From Candidatus Latescibacterota bacterium (GTDB taxonomy: Bacteria; Latescibacterota; UBA2968; UBA8231), in the NCBI GenBank assembly GCA_965261395.1, contig OZ253462.1:2528001-2592000 (forward strand): a stretch of 64,000 bases of DNA, given 5' to 3'. The notes under the pieces were generated by a model, which saw only the letters and a program-made list of their open reading frames with translations, made no database searches and was not told the origin of the DNA. How positions within the stretch are numbered: position 1 is the first letter of the stretch; each line of letters opens with the position of its first letter. Of the stretch, positions 1-9,966 are shown piece by piece. The position numbers and the translations under genes were made by a program.

Positions 1-911
1 CTGACCACTCGCAGAGAGCGAACGCCGTCGGCGTCAGAAAACCATTCGCGATAGACCAGCGGTGTGGGGTCGGTGCCTGTCCGCACCCGTACCTCTAGGT
101 CTGAAAAATCCGCATGGCCAACAATGTCTTCAATCCACTCGACAAAGCCTACCGTGGCCCGGTCGCCCAAGTCGATGATATTGGACAAATAGAGGCTCTG
201 CTGCAGAAAGCCCGTGCCATAGACCTCGACCTCGTCAATTTCAAAAGGCACGTCGGCCAGCGATTTGATCTTGACGAAGCGCGCGTATTGCGGTGGGACC
301 TCCACATTGACGACCGACTCCTCGTTTTGCGCCTCGCGCTGGATCAGCACATCGGGCTGGCCGGACGGGAACTGATTGAGCCATACCTCGTAGCCACGCA
401 GAAAGTCGTTGTGGAACGGCGTTGCTGGCGTCGCCACCACGGTGTTGCGGGGGTAGAACTGTACCCGCCGTACTCCCACCGGCACCCCAAAGTCGAGGAT
501 TACCCAAATGCCCCTCGTTGCCACCCTCGGTTCGAAAATTGTCGGTTTGCGCTCAAAGGCCACCTCGTGATCGCCGTTGACCGTGCCCAGGAGCTGGCGT
601 TCGTGGCCGCGGCCGGCGTTGGGTGCTTGAATCGAGCCGAACGCTAGGACTCGCGCGGCGATGTTGATCCCCTCTGCAAAATGCAGCGGTCCGATCCAGC
701 CCGGCCGATAGTCAAAGTCGATGGTCGCCCCCGGTGTGTTAGTCAACTCGATCTGGCCGAGCTGGACATTGAGTACATGCTCGGGTTTGAGACCATCGCC
801 GCCCACTTGCCAAGCGGAGGTGCCTTGGTCGCCGAGCACGTAAGTCTGCGCTGGCTGGCCGAGGAGGCCGCTTGGCAGCACGAGCACCGCGACCCCCAGC
901 CAGTTTCTCAT
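1..911 (-). CDS. Secreted discoidin-like envelope protein, probable paralogue of 3637..6150; 3' end runs off the window
   Basis: Not in the ORF track. ATG at 911 overlaps the TGA of the upstream gene (ATGA) and the frame is open to base 1: MRNWLGVAVLVLPSGLLG... WVILDFGVPVGVRRVQFYP... EIDEVEVYGTGF... LEVRVRTG. These resemble LEIDLG, EIQAYGEGF and IEVRTRSG in the 3637..6150 protein. Confidence 0.8.
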   Translation of the reverse strand, partial: MRNWLGVAVLVLPSGLLGQPAQTYVLGDQGTSAWQVGGDGLKPEHVLNVQLGQIELTNTPGATIDFDYRPGWIGPLHFAEGINIAARVLAFGSIQAPNAGRGHERQLLGTVNGDHEVAFERKPTIFEPRVATRGIWVILDFGVPVGVRRVQFYPRNTVVATPATPFHNDFLRGYEVWLNQFPSGQPDVLIQREAQNEESVVNVEVPPQYARFVKIKSLADVPFEIDEVEVYGTGFLQQSLYLSNIIDLGDRATVGFVEWIEDIVGHADFSDLEVRVRTGTDPTPLVYREWFSDADGVRSLRVV

Positions 912-3637
912 CGGCTCAACCCCGCGTACAACGTCATAAAGACCAAACTCGCGTCCTGCGGTGCCTGCCCGGCAAAACGCCGCTGTTGAAACTGCACACC
1001 GGTAGTAGTCACTAGCTGATACCCCTGATAGGCCGTGCGGTTTTTGAGTTGGGCGACTGCGGTCCAGCCGAAGAAGTCGGCATCCACTTCCTCCCGCTTA
1101 CCCTCCAAAAGCCACAGCCGGCCCACCTCCAGCCCCATCTGCAATTCGGTGTTGAATATCTGGCGGCCGTAGCGAGGGAAGTAGCTGACACCCACCGACT
1201 CGGCAAAAAGCGGCTGCGTCCATATCAGGAAGAAGGTTTCCTCTAAGCTCGTGGATTCTAAGAGGCGCGTGCTAAAGGGCCGCTCGCGGCGGAACTCGCT
1301 TTTGAAACGAGGCTCCAATACGCCCAAGCCCACTGGGATGCTCCACTCCGCCTTGTTGATCGCACCCAAGAATCCACTGGTCTTGCGGCCCTCCCGCAAC
1401 CGCACCTCGTCGGCCGAATCCCGCTGCTCGACCCAATCCCATTTGAAGCGGTGCAAGAGTCTCATCTGCGCCCCTAGGCGTTGGTCCAAGTCGAGGTATA
1501 GCGAGTTTTTCCAGGCGTTCCGTCCCGGCAAAAAGTCAATCCGGTCAATCATCCGTCCTGGTTCCCCCAACGGCTGGACCCACTGCCGCAAATCGTCGGG
1601 GATTTCGTCGCGCACTCGGGCACCGAACTCAAAGACCCGGAGCTGGCTGCCCCCGGTGAAGCGGTAGCGCCAAGCACCTAGCACATACCAAGCGCGAGTC
1701 CGCCCGTCGCCGGCGACTAGCCGCAGGTCCTGCCGACCGATGCTCACCTCGAGCGCGGGCACTACCTCGGCCTTGAGGTAGGCGTTGAATCCCCGGTGGT
1801 CGCGCTTATAGGGGTAATCGGGCACGAGGTCGTTTTCAAAGCGGTCGATGACGCCGTTGTGGTTCATGTCGAGGCCGAAGAGGAACTCGGGGCGGTCGGC
1901 GCGGTAGCGCAGGAAAGGCTCTTCGTAGTCGGGATAGAGGTTTCTGTTTTGGTTGTGGTCGTTGATGAAGTCGCCGTTCTCGTCTAGACCCGGCCAAGCC
2001 ACTTCGCGCTGGTTTGAGCGGATGCTGGCCGGAGAGACCGTTACTGATTCAGTAATCCCGCCCCAGCGCGCGAAAAAGGGCCGCTCCCACTCGGTCAGGC
2101 CATTGAGGTCGTCGTCGTCATCGACAAACTCATAGACCTGCGGCACTGGGTTTTTAAACTTGATCCGGCCGTTGCGATCAGTGAGCCAGTAGCGGGTACT
2201 GTAGTCGTCTGCGATTGAAAAGCCCTCGCCGAAAAGCATCCAGGCACCCCTGCGATAGGCGGCGTTGAGATAGCCGGCGTGGGCACTGACGACGGTCTCG
2301 TGGTGCGCCGAGATATGGGGGTTGGGGTAGCGCGAAAAGCGGCGATTGAGCACCAACTCGCCCAAAAGCGAGAAGCCCTGCCAATCGCTTAGATCCCAAT
2401 TGATGCCGATCAACTCGCTGGCTGTCGGCAGACCATAATCGAGCCGCACCACCTTGGTGTTACTGTTGTCTTGGACATTGCCTTCGGCCCTAGCGATGGG
2501 CAAAAAGACGATCTCAGCATTGCGTCGCTGACCATCCGTTTGCAAGTCCGAGGCGACTTCTACCCTGTAGTCATTGGCCAGCGAGAGTTCGACCTGCACC
2601 TCGCGCAGATCGCCCGACTGCACGTCGTCAAAGTTGAGGCTGCCCATATCGTATTCGAGCAGGATGCTCTCTTCGTCGCGGGCAAATAGCCGACCCCCCT
2701 CTTGGAAGCCGCCCTCGCGCCGCGGCAGGAAGCCAATATCGCGTCCTCTTAACTGGCGACCACTGGTATCGACCATGACGATGTCGAAACCCGCCAGTGC
2801 TGCCCCAACGCCACCGCGACCGGGTGAGTCGTCCCTGATCCTAATCCACAGCTTGTCCAATGGCTGGTTTTCCAGCGAAGTCAATATGCCGTGTAGCGGA
2901 TTGCCCTCATTGAATTCCACCTGTGTTAGCACGTTGTGGGCATTGACATAGGTTAGCCCGAAATTCCCTACTGTCCCAGCCTGATATTCGAGGTGGCTAC
3001 CCATCACGGTGGTCGAGTTGGTCTGCGACTCCTCGTCGGGATTGCTCGGCCGCGACAAAAGCAGACTGGCCTCGTAGTGCTCGGCGGCGTAGTCGAGGCG
3101 CACGCCATTAAAGCGCGGCTTGTTGAACGTCAGCGGCGTGAAGCGGGTCGCGATCTCATCGCCGATCATCAGCCGGTACGACGATGCGCCGCGCTGGTCC
3201 GAAACGATGACCAAGCGGTTGAAAAAGTCGCGGTAGGCCGGCCGCTGACTGGCCATCAGGCCCAGCGAGGACAGGCCGCCGCCGCGCTTGTCGATAAAGC
3301 TGCCGCGCGCGCCGGGCTGATCCTGTTGCCAGTTGTACACCAGCCAGCCGCGACCGAGGGGTGAGCCGAAGGTATCGTAGGTCTCGTCGCCTTCGAGGAT
3401 CAGGCTGATATAGCGCAGGTATGTATCGCGGGCGAAGTCGCTTCTTTGGTCGTACCAGGGTGCCATATAGGTCTCAGGCAAGTAGCGCGGCCCGTACCAC
3501 TTGTGGATCGCCGGCGAAATATAGTCCATCTCAAAGGTCTCGCCGTGCGCATAGACTCTACCAATGCCCCAGTGCAGGAGATCGTCGCCCTCAGCGACGG
3601 ATGCCCATAGCAGGAGGATGACCGTCGCCCGCCGCAT
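908..3637 (-). CDS. Large exported hypothetical protein, possible outer-membrane beta-barrel with Ca-binding-like acidic loops
   Basis: Long ORF. Likely start MRRATVILLLWASVAEG at 3637 (TAATG overlap with upstream stop) is signal-peptide-like. Contains DENGDFIND and DMNHNGVID motifs and an amphipathic beta-rich C-terminus. Confidence 0.75.
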   Translation of the reverse strand: MRRATVILLLWASVAEGDDLLHWGIGRVYAHGETFEMDYISPAIHKWYGPRYLPETYMAPWYDQRSDFARDTYLRYISLILEGDETYDTFGSPLGRGWLVYNWQQDQPGARGSFIDKRGGGLSSLGLMASQRPAYRDFFNRLVIVSDQRGASSYRLMIGDEIATRFTPLTFNKPRFNGVRLDYAAEHYEASLLLSRPSNPDEESQTNSTTVMGSHLEYQAGTVGNFGLTYVNAHNVLTQVEFNEGNPLHGILTSLENQPLDKLWIRIRDDSPGRGGVGAALAGFDIVMVDTSGRQLRGRDIGFLPRREGGFQEGGRLFARDEESILLEYDMGSLNFDDVQSGDLREVQVELSLANDYRVEVASDLQTDGQRRNAEIVFLPIARAEGNVQDNSNTKVVRLDYGLPTASELIGINWDLSDWQGFSLLGELVLNRRFSRYPNPHISAHHETVVSAHAGYLNAAYRRGAWMLFGEGFSIADDYSTRYWLTDRNGRIKFKNPVPQVYEFVDDDDDLNGLTEWERPFFARWGGITESVTVSPASIRSNQREVAWPGLDENGDFINDHNQNRNLYPDYEEPFLRYRADRPEFLFGLDMNHNGVIDRFENDLVPDYPYKRDHRGFNAYLKAEVVPALEVSIGRQDLRLVAGDGRTRAWYVLGAWRYRFTGGSQLRVFEFGARVRDEIPDDLRQWVQPLGEPGRMIDRIDFLPGRNAWKNSLYLDLDQRLGAQMRLLHRFKWDWVEQRDSADEVRLREGRKTSGFLGAINKAEWSIPVGLGVLEPRFKSEFRRERPFSTRLLESTSLEETFFLIWTQPLFAESVGVSYFPRYGRQIFNTELQMGLEVGRLWLLEGKREEVDADFFGWTAVAQLKNRTAYQGYQLVTTTGVQFQQRRFAGQAPQDASLVFMTLYAGLSR

Positions 3638-6150
3638 TAGTAGGCCACGTGTACCAATCTCGCCGCGTGCGTCCCTGTCGCGCCGCTGTCGGCAGCAAAG
3701 CCGACCCTCACTAGGTAGATCCCCGGTGCCACGACTGCGCCGACCTCGTCGCGGCCGTCCCACTCGACGCGCCGTTCGCCGCTGGGATGCTCGGTGCCTC
3801 TCGACAGATCGCGCACTCTGCGCCCCGACAGGTCGTAGATCGCCACCCGCAGTTGCTTGGTTCCCTCTAAGTGAAAAATCGACAGCTCAATATCCGTATG
3901 GTCGTTGATCCCGTCGCCATTGGGGGTAAAAACCTTGGGCACCACAGCCACGTCTTTTAGCAGCCGAGTCTGCTCCAGGTCCGAAACCACCACCAGCGAC
4001 TGACTAGAAACCAGACTTGAGGCATCTCCGTCGCTGACCAATTGCACCCGGCCCGGTTGGCTTACCTGCTCTAGTTCGGCGGTGAAGGTCGTACTTTGCA
4101 AAAAGACTTTGGTGCGGAATTTGATCTCGTAGGTGGGGCTACCACGGGATACCGGCTCGGGAAAAACTAGCTCGACCTTGCCTTCCGTCCCCTGTTCCAA
4201 GACCAACTCGCCCGGCCACAACTGCCGCCCGGCCCCAACGCGCAACGTAGTATCCCCGCCCGAGCGCACCGAGAGCAACTCGATTGGTGCGGCCGAGGAC
4301 GAGTACAGTCGCAGCCGGTCGAAGCCTAAGTTGCCAGCGGCAAATTCGGGCCGCAGGTAGAGCACAAAGTCCTGCTCTACCCCCGGCTCGACCTGCCACA
4401 CGGGCCAGATCTCGCCCACCATTTTATCTACCAAGGGCGGCTCAAAGCGCAGACGCAAATCGCGGACCCTCGCCGCTCGAAGCGGCTCGCGGGAGCGTAG
4501 CCTGACCTGCACTTGCACGAAGGCCCGCGGACTCGGCGACTTAAAGGGCATACCCGAAGCCTCGTACACCTCGCTCCAATTGCTCCAACTCGGTCCGGCG
4601 ACCTGCTCGATGACCACCGGCGGCCGACGGTTCTCGGACAGCACTTCCCACATTTCCTTGGATATCTCGCGGCCAATAGTGGAGTAGTAGTGAGGGACTT
4701 CAACGATCTCCTCGCCGGAGCGGGTGCGGACCTCGATCCGGGTGCCCGGCGGTTGTTCTCCTTCCCACTCTACCATCGAAAACAGCCGCGGCCGATCGAG
4801 CGGGATAAAAGGCGAAGTCATCTCCACCTCAGAGACAAACCCCTCGCCATAGGCCTGGATTTCGCTCAGGTAACCCTCGACCTGTTCATTGGGGTTGTAT
4901 TCGAGATGGCGCACTTCGATAAAGCGCACTTCCTGTAAGGGGAAGGTCTCCTCCAAGTGCTGGTAGCTGCTGAGATTGCGCTGCTCGCCAAAGGTGGTCC
5001 AGATCCGCTCGCCGTTGGGGCTGAGCGCTCCGTCCGACAGCCGCAGTTGATAGGCCAGCGGCGGCATCTCATCGGCCGGCGCGAGCAGCTTGATGCGATC
5101 GAGCCAGTACTTGGCACCGAGGTCAATTTTGAGCTGCCCTTCGTCGAGCACCGGATCGTAGAGCGGCACTCTGAAGCTCGAGCTGTACAACCCGTCGGAG
5201 AAGATTCTGCGAAACAGGAAATCAAAGCCGCGCTCGTCCGCGCCGCGCTCGATCTCACTCAGGGCCAGCTGTACCGCGTTCTGGCCTAGCGAATAGACCT
5301 CGACCTCGGCGAGGCGAGGCCGCTCGTGGCGGTAATAGCGCACTGGACCGCGCTCCTCCCCAGGCAGGTCGAAGTAATCGCGCTCGGCGACGAGAATCTC
5401 GCGGCCGGCAGCGGTGACGCGAAAATAGTCGATAGCCCCCCGATCTTCTTCCGCCAAGAATGCGTAGGTCCCCGCGCTGACTTCTTCGGCCCGCGGCCCA
5501 TCGGTGTCGAGCACATCAATGCGCAAAAATTGGACGATCTCGCCCTCGACGCCTTCGGGCACCTGCCGGTCGGGCGCGATGTCGAAGATGTATTCGCGCT
5601 GGTTTTTGTTGGGCGTAGTCTCCAAGCCGACGCGGAAGAACCGCCGCCGCTGGTCGCGGCCTTGCCCCCAGCGCAACCCATCCGAAGCCATCACCCTGAA
5701 TTTCAAGAAAGGGTCGCCCAGCCCTGCGGCGACAAAGCGCAGTACTACGCGGTGGGCGATCACTGCACGACCGAGGTCAATTTCCAAAAACCAATGATCC
5801 AGCGAGCTGGTACGCTGCGGCTCCCAGTAGGTATTGGGGTTGCCGTCGAGAACAAAAGAGGCTTGGCGCTGGCTAGTGCCCACTGCGCGGATGCCGCCTT
5901 GCAAGGTGTCCTCAGAGGCGAAAGTGCTGATGTAGGTAAAGTCGGGCGCGTCTCGCGCCACTTCTATCACCCGGCGCAAAAAGCGCGGCTCAACCGTGCC
6001 GTCGGCGTGCACCACCTGCACCCCGGTAGGTGCGTCCCAAGCCCGCCAATGTACGGGCCTATCGACGCGCACTTGGTTGAACAGCAGGCGGTAGCCCTCA
6101 CCTTCTTGGGCGGAGAGTGCTTGGACCGAGAACAGGCTGAACAGCAGCAT
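3637..6150 (-). CDS. Secreted protein with discoidin/F5-8-like domains and C-terminal FlgD-Ig/CHU_C-like domain
   Basis: ORF extends to 6273; start at 6150 chosen for the signal peptide MLLFSLFSVQALSAQ (uncertain). Internal DGNPNTYW...LEIDLG; C-terminal FTPNGDGIND...IYDLSGRRVR...WDGRD...PGIYLVRV. Confidence 0.8.
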   Translation of the reverse strand: MLLFSLFSVQALSAQEGEGYRLLFNQVRVDRPVHWRAWDAPTGVQVVHADGTVEPRFLRRVIEVARDAPDFTYISTFASEDTLQGGIRAVGTSQRQASFVLDGNPNTYWEPQRTSSLDHWFLEIDLGRAVIAHRVVLRFVAAGLGDPFLKFRVMASDGLRWGQGRDQRRRFFRVGLETTPNKNQREYIFDIAPDRQVPEGVEGEIVQFLRIDVLDTDGPRAEEVSAGTYAFLAEEDRGAIDYFRVTAAGREILVAERDYFDLPGEERGPVRYYRHERPRLAEVEVYSLGQNAVQLALSEIERGADERGFDFLFRRIFSDGLYSSSFRVPLYDPVLDEGQLKIDLGAKYWLDRIKLLAPADEMPPLAYQLRLSDGALSPNGERIWTTFGEQRNLSSYQHLEETFPLQEVRFIEVRHLEYNPNEQVEGYLSEIQAYGEGFVSEVEMTSPFIPLDRPRLFSMVEWEGEQPPGTRIEVRTRSGEEIVEVPHYYSTIGREISKEMWEVLSENRRPPVVIEQVAGPSWSNWSEVYEASGMPFKSPSPRAFVQVQVRLRSREPLRAARVRDLRLRFEPPLVDKMVGEIWPVWQVEPGVEQDFVLYLRPEFAAGNLGFDRLRLYSSSAAPIELLSVRSGGDTTLRVGAGRQLWPGELVLEQGTEGKVELVFPEPVSRGSPTYEIKFRTKVFLQSTTFTAELEQVSQPGRVQLVSDGDASSLVSSQSLVVVSDLEQTRLLKDVAVVPKVFTPNGDGINDHTDIELSIFHLEGTKQLRVAIYDLSGRRVRDLSRGTEHPSGERRVEWDGRDEVGAVVAPGIYLVRVGFAADSGATGTHAARLVHVAY

Positions 6151-6320
6151 GAGTCTAGGGCTGGCGAGAGTCAGGCGCGATAATTGCGTCCGTTTATTAA
6201 TGAACGATTTTCCGTTCTCGTTTTGGCCCCAGTTATGGCGACAAGGACACGGCAGGAGAGGAGTGTTGGCCATCAGGGCTGAAGTCCTCAGTCAAATTGA
6301 TAACGTCGGAACCATCAATA

Positions 6321-6494
6321 CTAATAGAAAAGATATTCTCGGAGGTTCCAATCCGCGATCAGAGCGCCGTGTACGCCAAGGCGGAGAATGGCGCTAACTG
6401 CGATGGCGACGGACAAGCCCACGATATTGATGCTGGTCACCACTTTGTCGCGCAGCAGGTTCCGGAGTGCGATTACGACGTAATTGCGCAGCAT
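6321..6494 (-). pseudogene. N-terminal remnant of a MacB-type ABC permease
   Basis: MLRNYVVIALRNLLRDKVVTSINIVGLSVAIAVS... matches the N-termini of the neighbouring permeases, then stops at TAG after 57 codons. AAGGAG RBS upstream. Confidence 0.8.
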
Positions 6495-6510
6495 CCTGAA
6501 TCTCCTTCAT

Positions 6511-6615
6511 TTAGTTGCGTTTGAGCCACTCATAGCGCAGCGCTTCTACTGGATCGATCCGACTCGTCCTGACGGCGTGGTAGGCGACACTCACCCAAGA
6601 GGCGACCAAGGCGAC
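6511..6615 (-). pseudogene. C-terminal remnant of a MacB-type ABC permease
   Basis: VALVASWVSVAYHAVRTSRIDPVEALRYEWLKRN*, nearly identical to the end of 9108..9863 (ALVAAWVSVAYHAIRTSRIDPVEALRCE). Confidence 0.8.
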
Positions 6616-6641
6616 GCGATGTGCATGCGGTGCTGCTGCAT

Positions 6642-9050
6642 TTACTCGTATCTCAACGCATCCACTGGATTGGCCCGCGCCGCCAGCCACGTCTGGCTAC
6701 TGACGGTAGCCAGCGCGACGGCGAGAACGCCCACGCCCGCCAACACAAACCAAACCAAGCCAATGTCGATGCGATAGGCGTAGAACGCGAGCCAGCGGTT
6801 CAAGACGAAATAGGCCACAGGCCATGCAATGACATTGGCCACCACTACCAGCCAGCCGAATTCGCGCGACATCAACAGCAGCACGCTGCCAGTCGTAGCG
6901 CCCAATACCTTGCGGATGCCAATTTCCTTGGTGCGCCGCACGGCCGCTAGGGCGACCAAGCCAAAAAGCCCCATGCAAGAGATCGCAATGGCGACGGCAC
7001 TCATCCACCCCATGACAAGGCCGACGCGCTGCTCTTCCCAGTATCTCGCGGCAAAACTCTCGTCGAGGAAGTGCACGCCCCATAATTCATATTCCGGCAG
7101 ACCCCGCTTCCACAGCGCCTTTACTTCTTCGACTGCCGCGGGCAGGTCGGTGCGGTCGAGCCGGAATAGGGTGTACTTGAACTGGTCTGCCCGCACTTTG
7201 AATTTGGGCTTGGATATAAGCGCACTCGTCGTCAGAAAAGCTGGTCCTATGGTATGGCGCATATCCACGAAGTGAAAATCCTTGACTACGCCGATCACCG
7301 TTATCGGCTCGTCACCAGGGCCTGTCAAGGTGCGACCAATTAGGTCTTCAGGGCCGAAGAAGTGTGCAGCGGTCTCGTTGAGCAGGACGCCATGCGGCAG
7401 ATTGGGATCGAAGCTCTGCCCGGAGAGGACCTCAATTCCCATGACGCTTAGGAAGTTTGGACTTACGTAGAAGGGTTTGGCGCGGAGCACTTTCTCATCG
7501 GACCGGATTGGCATGGGGGAGAAGCCACCAAAGCCGGGTGCTGGCCAGGCACCAGTGACTCCTTGTAAAAGTCCCGGTCGAGAATTGATCTCGCCGGCGA
7601 GACGCTCAATCTGCAAAGGATTGAGATCGCCTCTGTGGGCAACCAGCACGACCTGGTCGCCGTCGAAGCCCAAATCCTTGGTGCGCATAAAATCGAGCTG
7701 TCGCACCATAGTGATCGTCACGACGACGAGAACGGCCGACAAGACAAACTGCACGACAATCAGACCGCGACCAAGCCAACCGCGACCCGGCTGAGGTGTC
7801 TTGCGGGACAGTGCTTGGACGGGATGGAGCCGCGCAACCACTTGGGCCGGATACAAGCCCGAGAGTACGCCGACCATCAAGGCAAGGGCTAAGGCACCTA
7901 TCCCCGTCTCGACCGACAGCCACTCGATCTGTAGCTGCTGATGCACGACCGCGTTAAACGTCGGCAGCAGGACTTCGGCGAGACCCATGCCAACGACGAT
8001 GGCGATTAGACTCACCACGATTGCTTCGGCGAGGAACTGATTGGAAAGCTGGTGGCGCGTCGCGCCGATCGCCTTGCGCATCCCAACTTCCAAGGTCCGC
8101 GTCATGGCGCGGCTCATGGCGAGGTTGACGAAGTTGATAGCAGCGATCAACAGCACGAGCGCGGCCAGCCCCGCCAGCAGATAGATATGCTTGATCGTGC
8201 CATAACCAAAGTCGGCGGGTCCCGCTATCTCAGGTCCTATGTGAGCGCCCGCAAAAGGCTGCAACTTCGGTCGGTCCCGCACGATCAGGGGCTCCAGCCG
8301 CGTTTCCACTTCGGCAGGCTCTACGCCCTCTTCGAGTTCGACAAAAAGTCCGGCTACGCCCCTGAAGTGCAGAGCCTCGGCCGTTACCGCGGGCACGAGT
8401 ACCTTTAGACGCAAAATAGAAGGCCCCGGTAGGGGTGCCAGCACACCCGCAATGGTACGCTCCACCTCGATAGGCGTCTCCTTCGGTGGTGACGTCGAGT
8501 AGTCCCGCTCGACGATGTGCAGCCGGATGCGCTCGCCCAGCATGGCGTGGGCTGGCACATCGGGGCCGAAGTACTTCTGCGCCGTCTCATGGGCGAGAAC
8601 AACGCTCTGGGGATCGTCGAGGGCCGTCGCCGCATCGCCCGCAGCCAGCGGCAAGGTGAACATGGTGAGGAAGGCCGGATCGACAGCGAGGAAGGCCTCG
8701 TCAAAGGTCGCATTACCGTACGAGACTTTGCCGTATCCCAACTTCATAGAAACCAATTCGCGGATGCCGGTGACTTTAGCTTTAGCGCGCACGTCCTCGC
8801 GCAGACGGTACCCTATCCCCGTGGAACGGTTGGGGGGGGAACCGGGGTCGGGCTCTAGAAGGTCAAGATAGATGGCAAAGATCCGGTCCCCTTTTTCGTG
8901 CCAAGCGTCAAAGGAGGTCTCGTGGCGCACGAACAGCAGGCACAGGACTGCCACGGCAAAGGCCACGGACAGGCCGACGATGTTAATCAGCGAGATCGTC
9001 TTGTTGCGCCCCAATACGCGCAGGGCAATAATCAGATTGCTCTTCCACAT
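6642..9050 (-). CDS. MacB/FtsX-family ABC transporter permease (two-module, 802 aa)
   Basis: INIVGLSVA N-terminal TM, EVGMRKAIGA and KEIGIRKVLGA FtsX motifs, NPVDALRYE end. Confidence 0.93.
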   Translation of the reverse strand: MWKSNLIIALRVLGRNKTISLINIVGLSVAFAVAVLCLLFVRHETSFDAWHEKGDRIFAIYLDLLEPDPGSPPNRSTGIGYRLREDVRAKAKVTGIRELVSMKLGYGKVSYGNATFDEAFLAVDPAFLTMFTLPLAAGDAATALDDPQSVVLAHETAQKYFGPDVPAHAMLGERIRLHIVERDYSTSPPKETPIEVERTIAGVLAPLPGPSILRLKVLVPAVTAEALHFRGVAGLFVELEEGVEPAEVETRLEPLIVRDRPKLQPFAGAHIGPEIAGPADFGYGTIKHIYLLAGLAALVLLIAAINFVNLAMSRAMTRTLEVGMRKAIGATRHQLSNQFLAEAIVVSLIAIVVGMGLAEVLLPTFNAVVHQQLQIEWLSVETGIGALALALMVGVLSGLYPAQVVARLHPVQALSRKTPQPGRGWLGRGLIVVQFVLSAVLVVVTITMVRQLDFMRTKDLGFDGDQVVLVAHRGDLNPLQIERLAGEINSRPGLLQGVTGAWPAPGFGGFSPMPIRSDEKVLRAKPFYVSPNFLSVMGIEVLSGQSFDPNLPHGVLLNETAAHFFGPEDLIGRTLTGPGDEPITVIGVVKDFHFVDMRHTIGPAFLTTSALISKPKFKVRADQFKYTLFRLDRTDLPAAVEEVKALWKRGLPEYELWGVHFLDESFAARYWEEQRVGLVMGWMSAVAIAISCMGLFGLVALAAVRRTKEIGIRKVLGATTGSVLLLMSREFGWLVVVANVIAWPVAYFVLNRWLAFYAYRIDIGLVWFVLAGVGVLAVALATVSSQTWLAARANPVDALRYE

Positions 9051-9107
9051 AGTGTGATCTCTCGCATTCTCGTTGAGTGTTTGAGGACAGTTAGATCTTC
9101 CACATGG

Positions 9108-9863
9108 TCATTCACAGCGCAGCGCTTCCACTGGATCAATCCGACTCGTCCTGATGGCATGGTAGGCGACGCTCACCCAAGCGGCGACCAACGCGGCGGC
9201 GACCGCCACGACGAACGGAGCGGCACCAACCTCGGCGCGCGCGCTGAACTGCTCCATCCACCCAGCCATGCCCAAGTAGGCGAGGAACTCGATCTGCAGG
9301 TGCGACTGCTCGGGCAGGTCGCGCAGAATCCCGGTCACCTTCAGATCGAGATAATCCTTGAAGCGGATGACTTGCCCCATGGGATCGTCGTCGCCGAACA
9401 GCTTGCGCGCCGCAGACTCGGAGAGGAGGACGGTAAAAGGCTCGTCGAGCGCAGTGGCGGCGTCGCCAGCAACCAAGGGTAGGGTGAAGACTTTCAGAAT
9501 CTCCGGGTCGGCGAAGTAAAAGGCGTCCTCGTAGAAACGCTTCTCTCCGTGGCTGACGAGCGGCACTGGGTTATCCACGTTCAGCATGCGCACTACGGCT
9601 TCTACTTCGGTCGCCTCACGCTGAAGGCTGGTGCCGAGGACAGCGGGCGTCGTCAGACGAGCAGCTTTCTCGCCCTGGGTGACGACTCGATAGATGCGCT
9701 CGCCGTGTTCGTGAAACCGGTCGGTCTCCAGTTGGCCCAGAACCCAAATGGCCATGAGCATACAGCCCGCGAGCCCAACCGCTAAGCCGCCGACATTGGT
9801 CAGCGCGTAGAACCGGTGGCGGGTCAGATGGCGGGCGGCGATGTGCAGGTAGCTCTTGAACAT
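9108..9863 (-). pseudogene. MacB-type permease with a large in-frame internal deletion (251 aa)
   Basis: Normal N-terminus and periplasmic domain to QIEFLA, joined directly to the final TM region (YLGMAGWMEQF...DPVEALRCE). About 550 aa shorter than its paralogues. Confidence 0.85.
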
Positions 9864-9966
9864 GATCTACTCCTAGCGGAGACATCCACGCCGCGTGGAC
9901 TCACTCTCTGAAGGTATGAGATGCTTCGACTCCGTTTATCGCGTCTAACGTCGCGGTAGAGTACTT

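Noticed and set aside
5326-6183. Long antisense or alternative-frame ORFs (e.g. 5326..6183, 16236..17051, 24362..25186, 32126..32956, 33151..33870)
   Set aside because: These are shadow ORFs expected in GC-rich coding DNA; they have no motifs and overlap well-supported genes.
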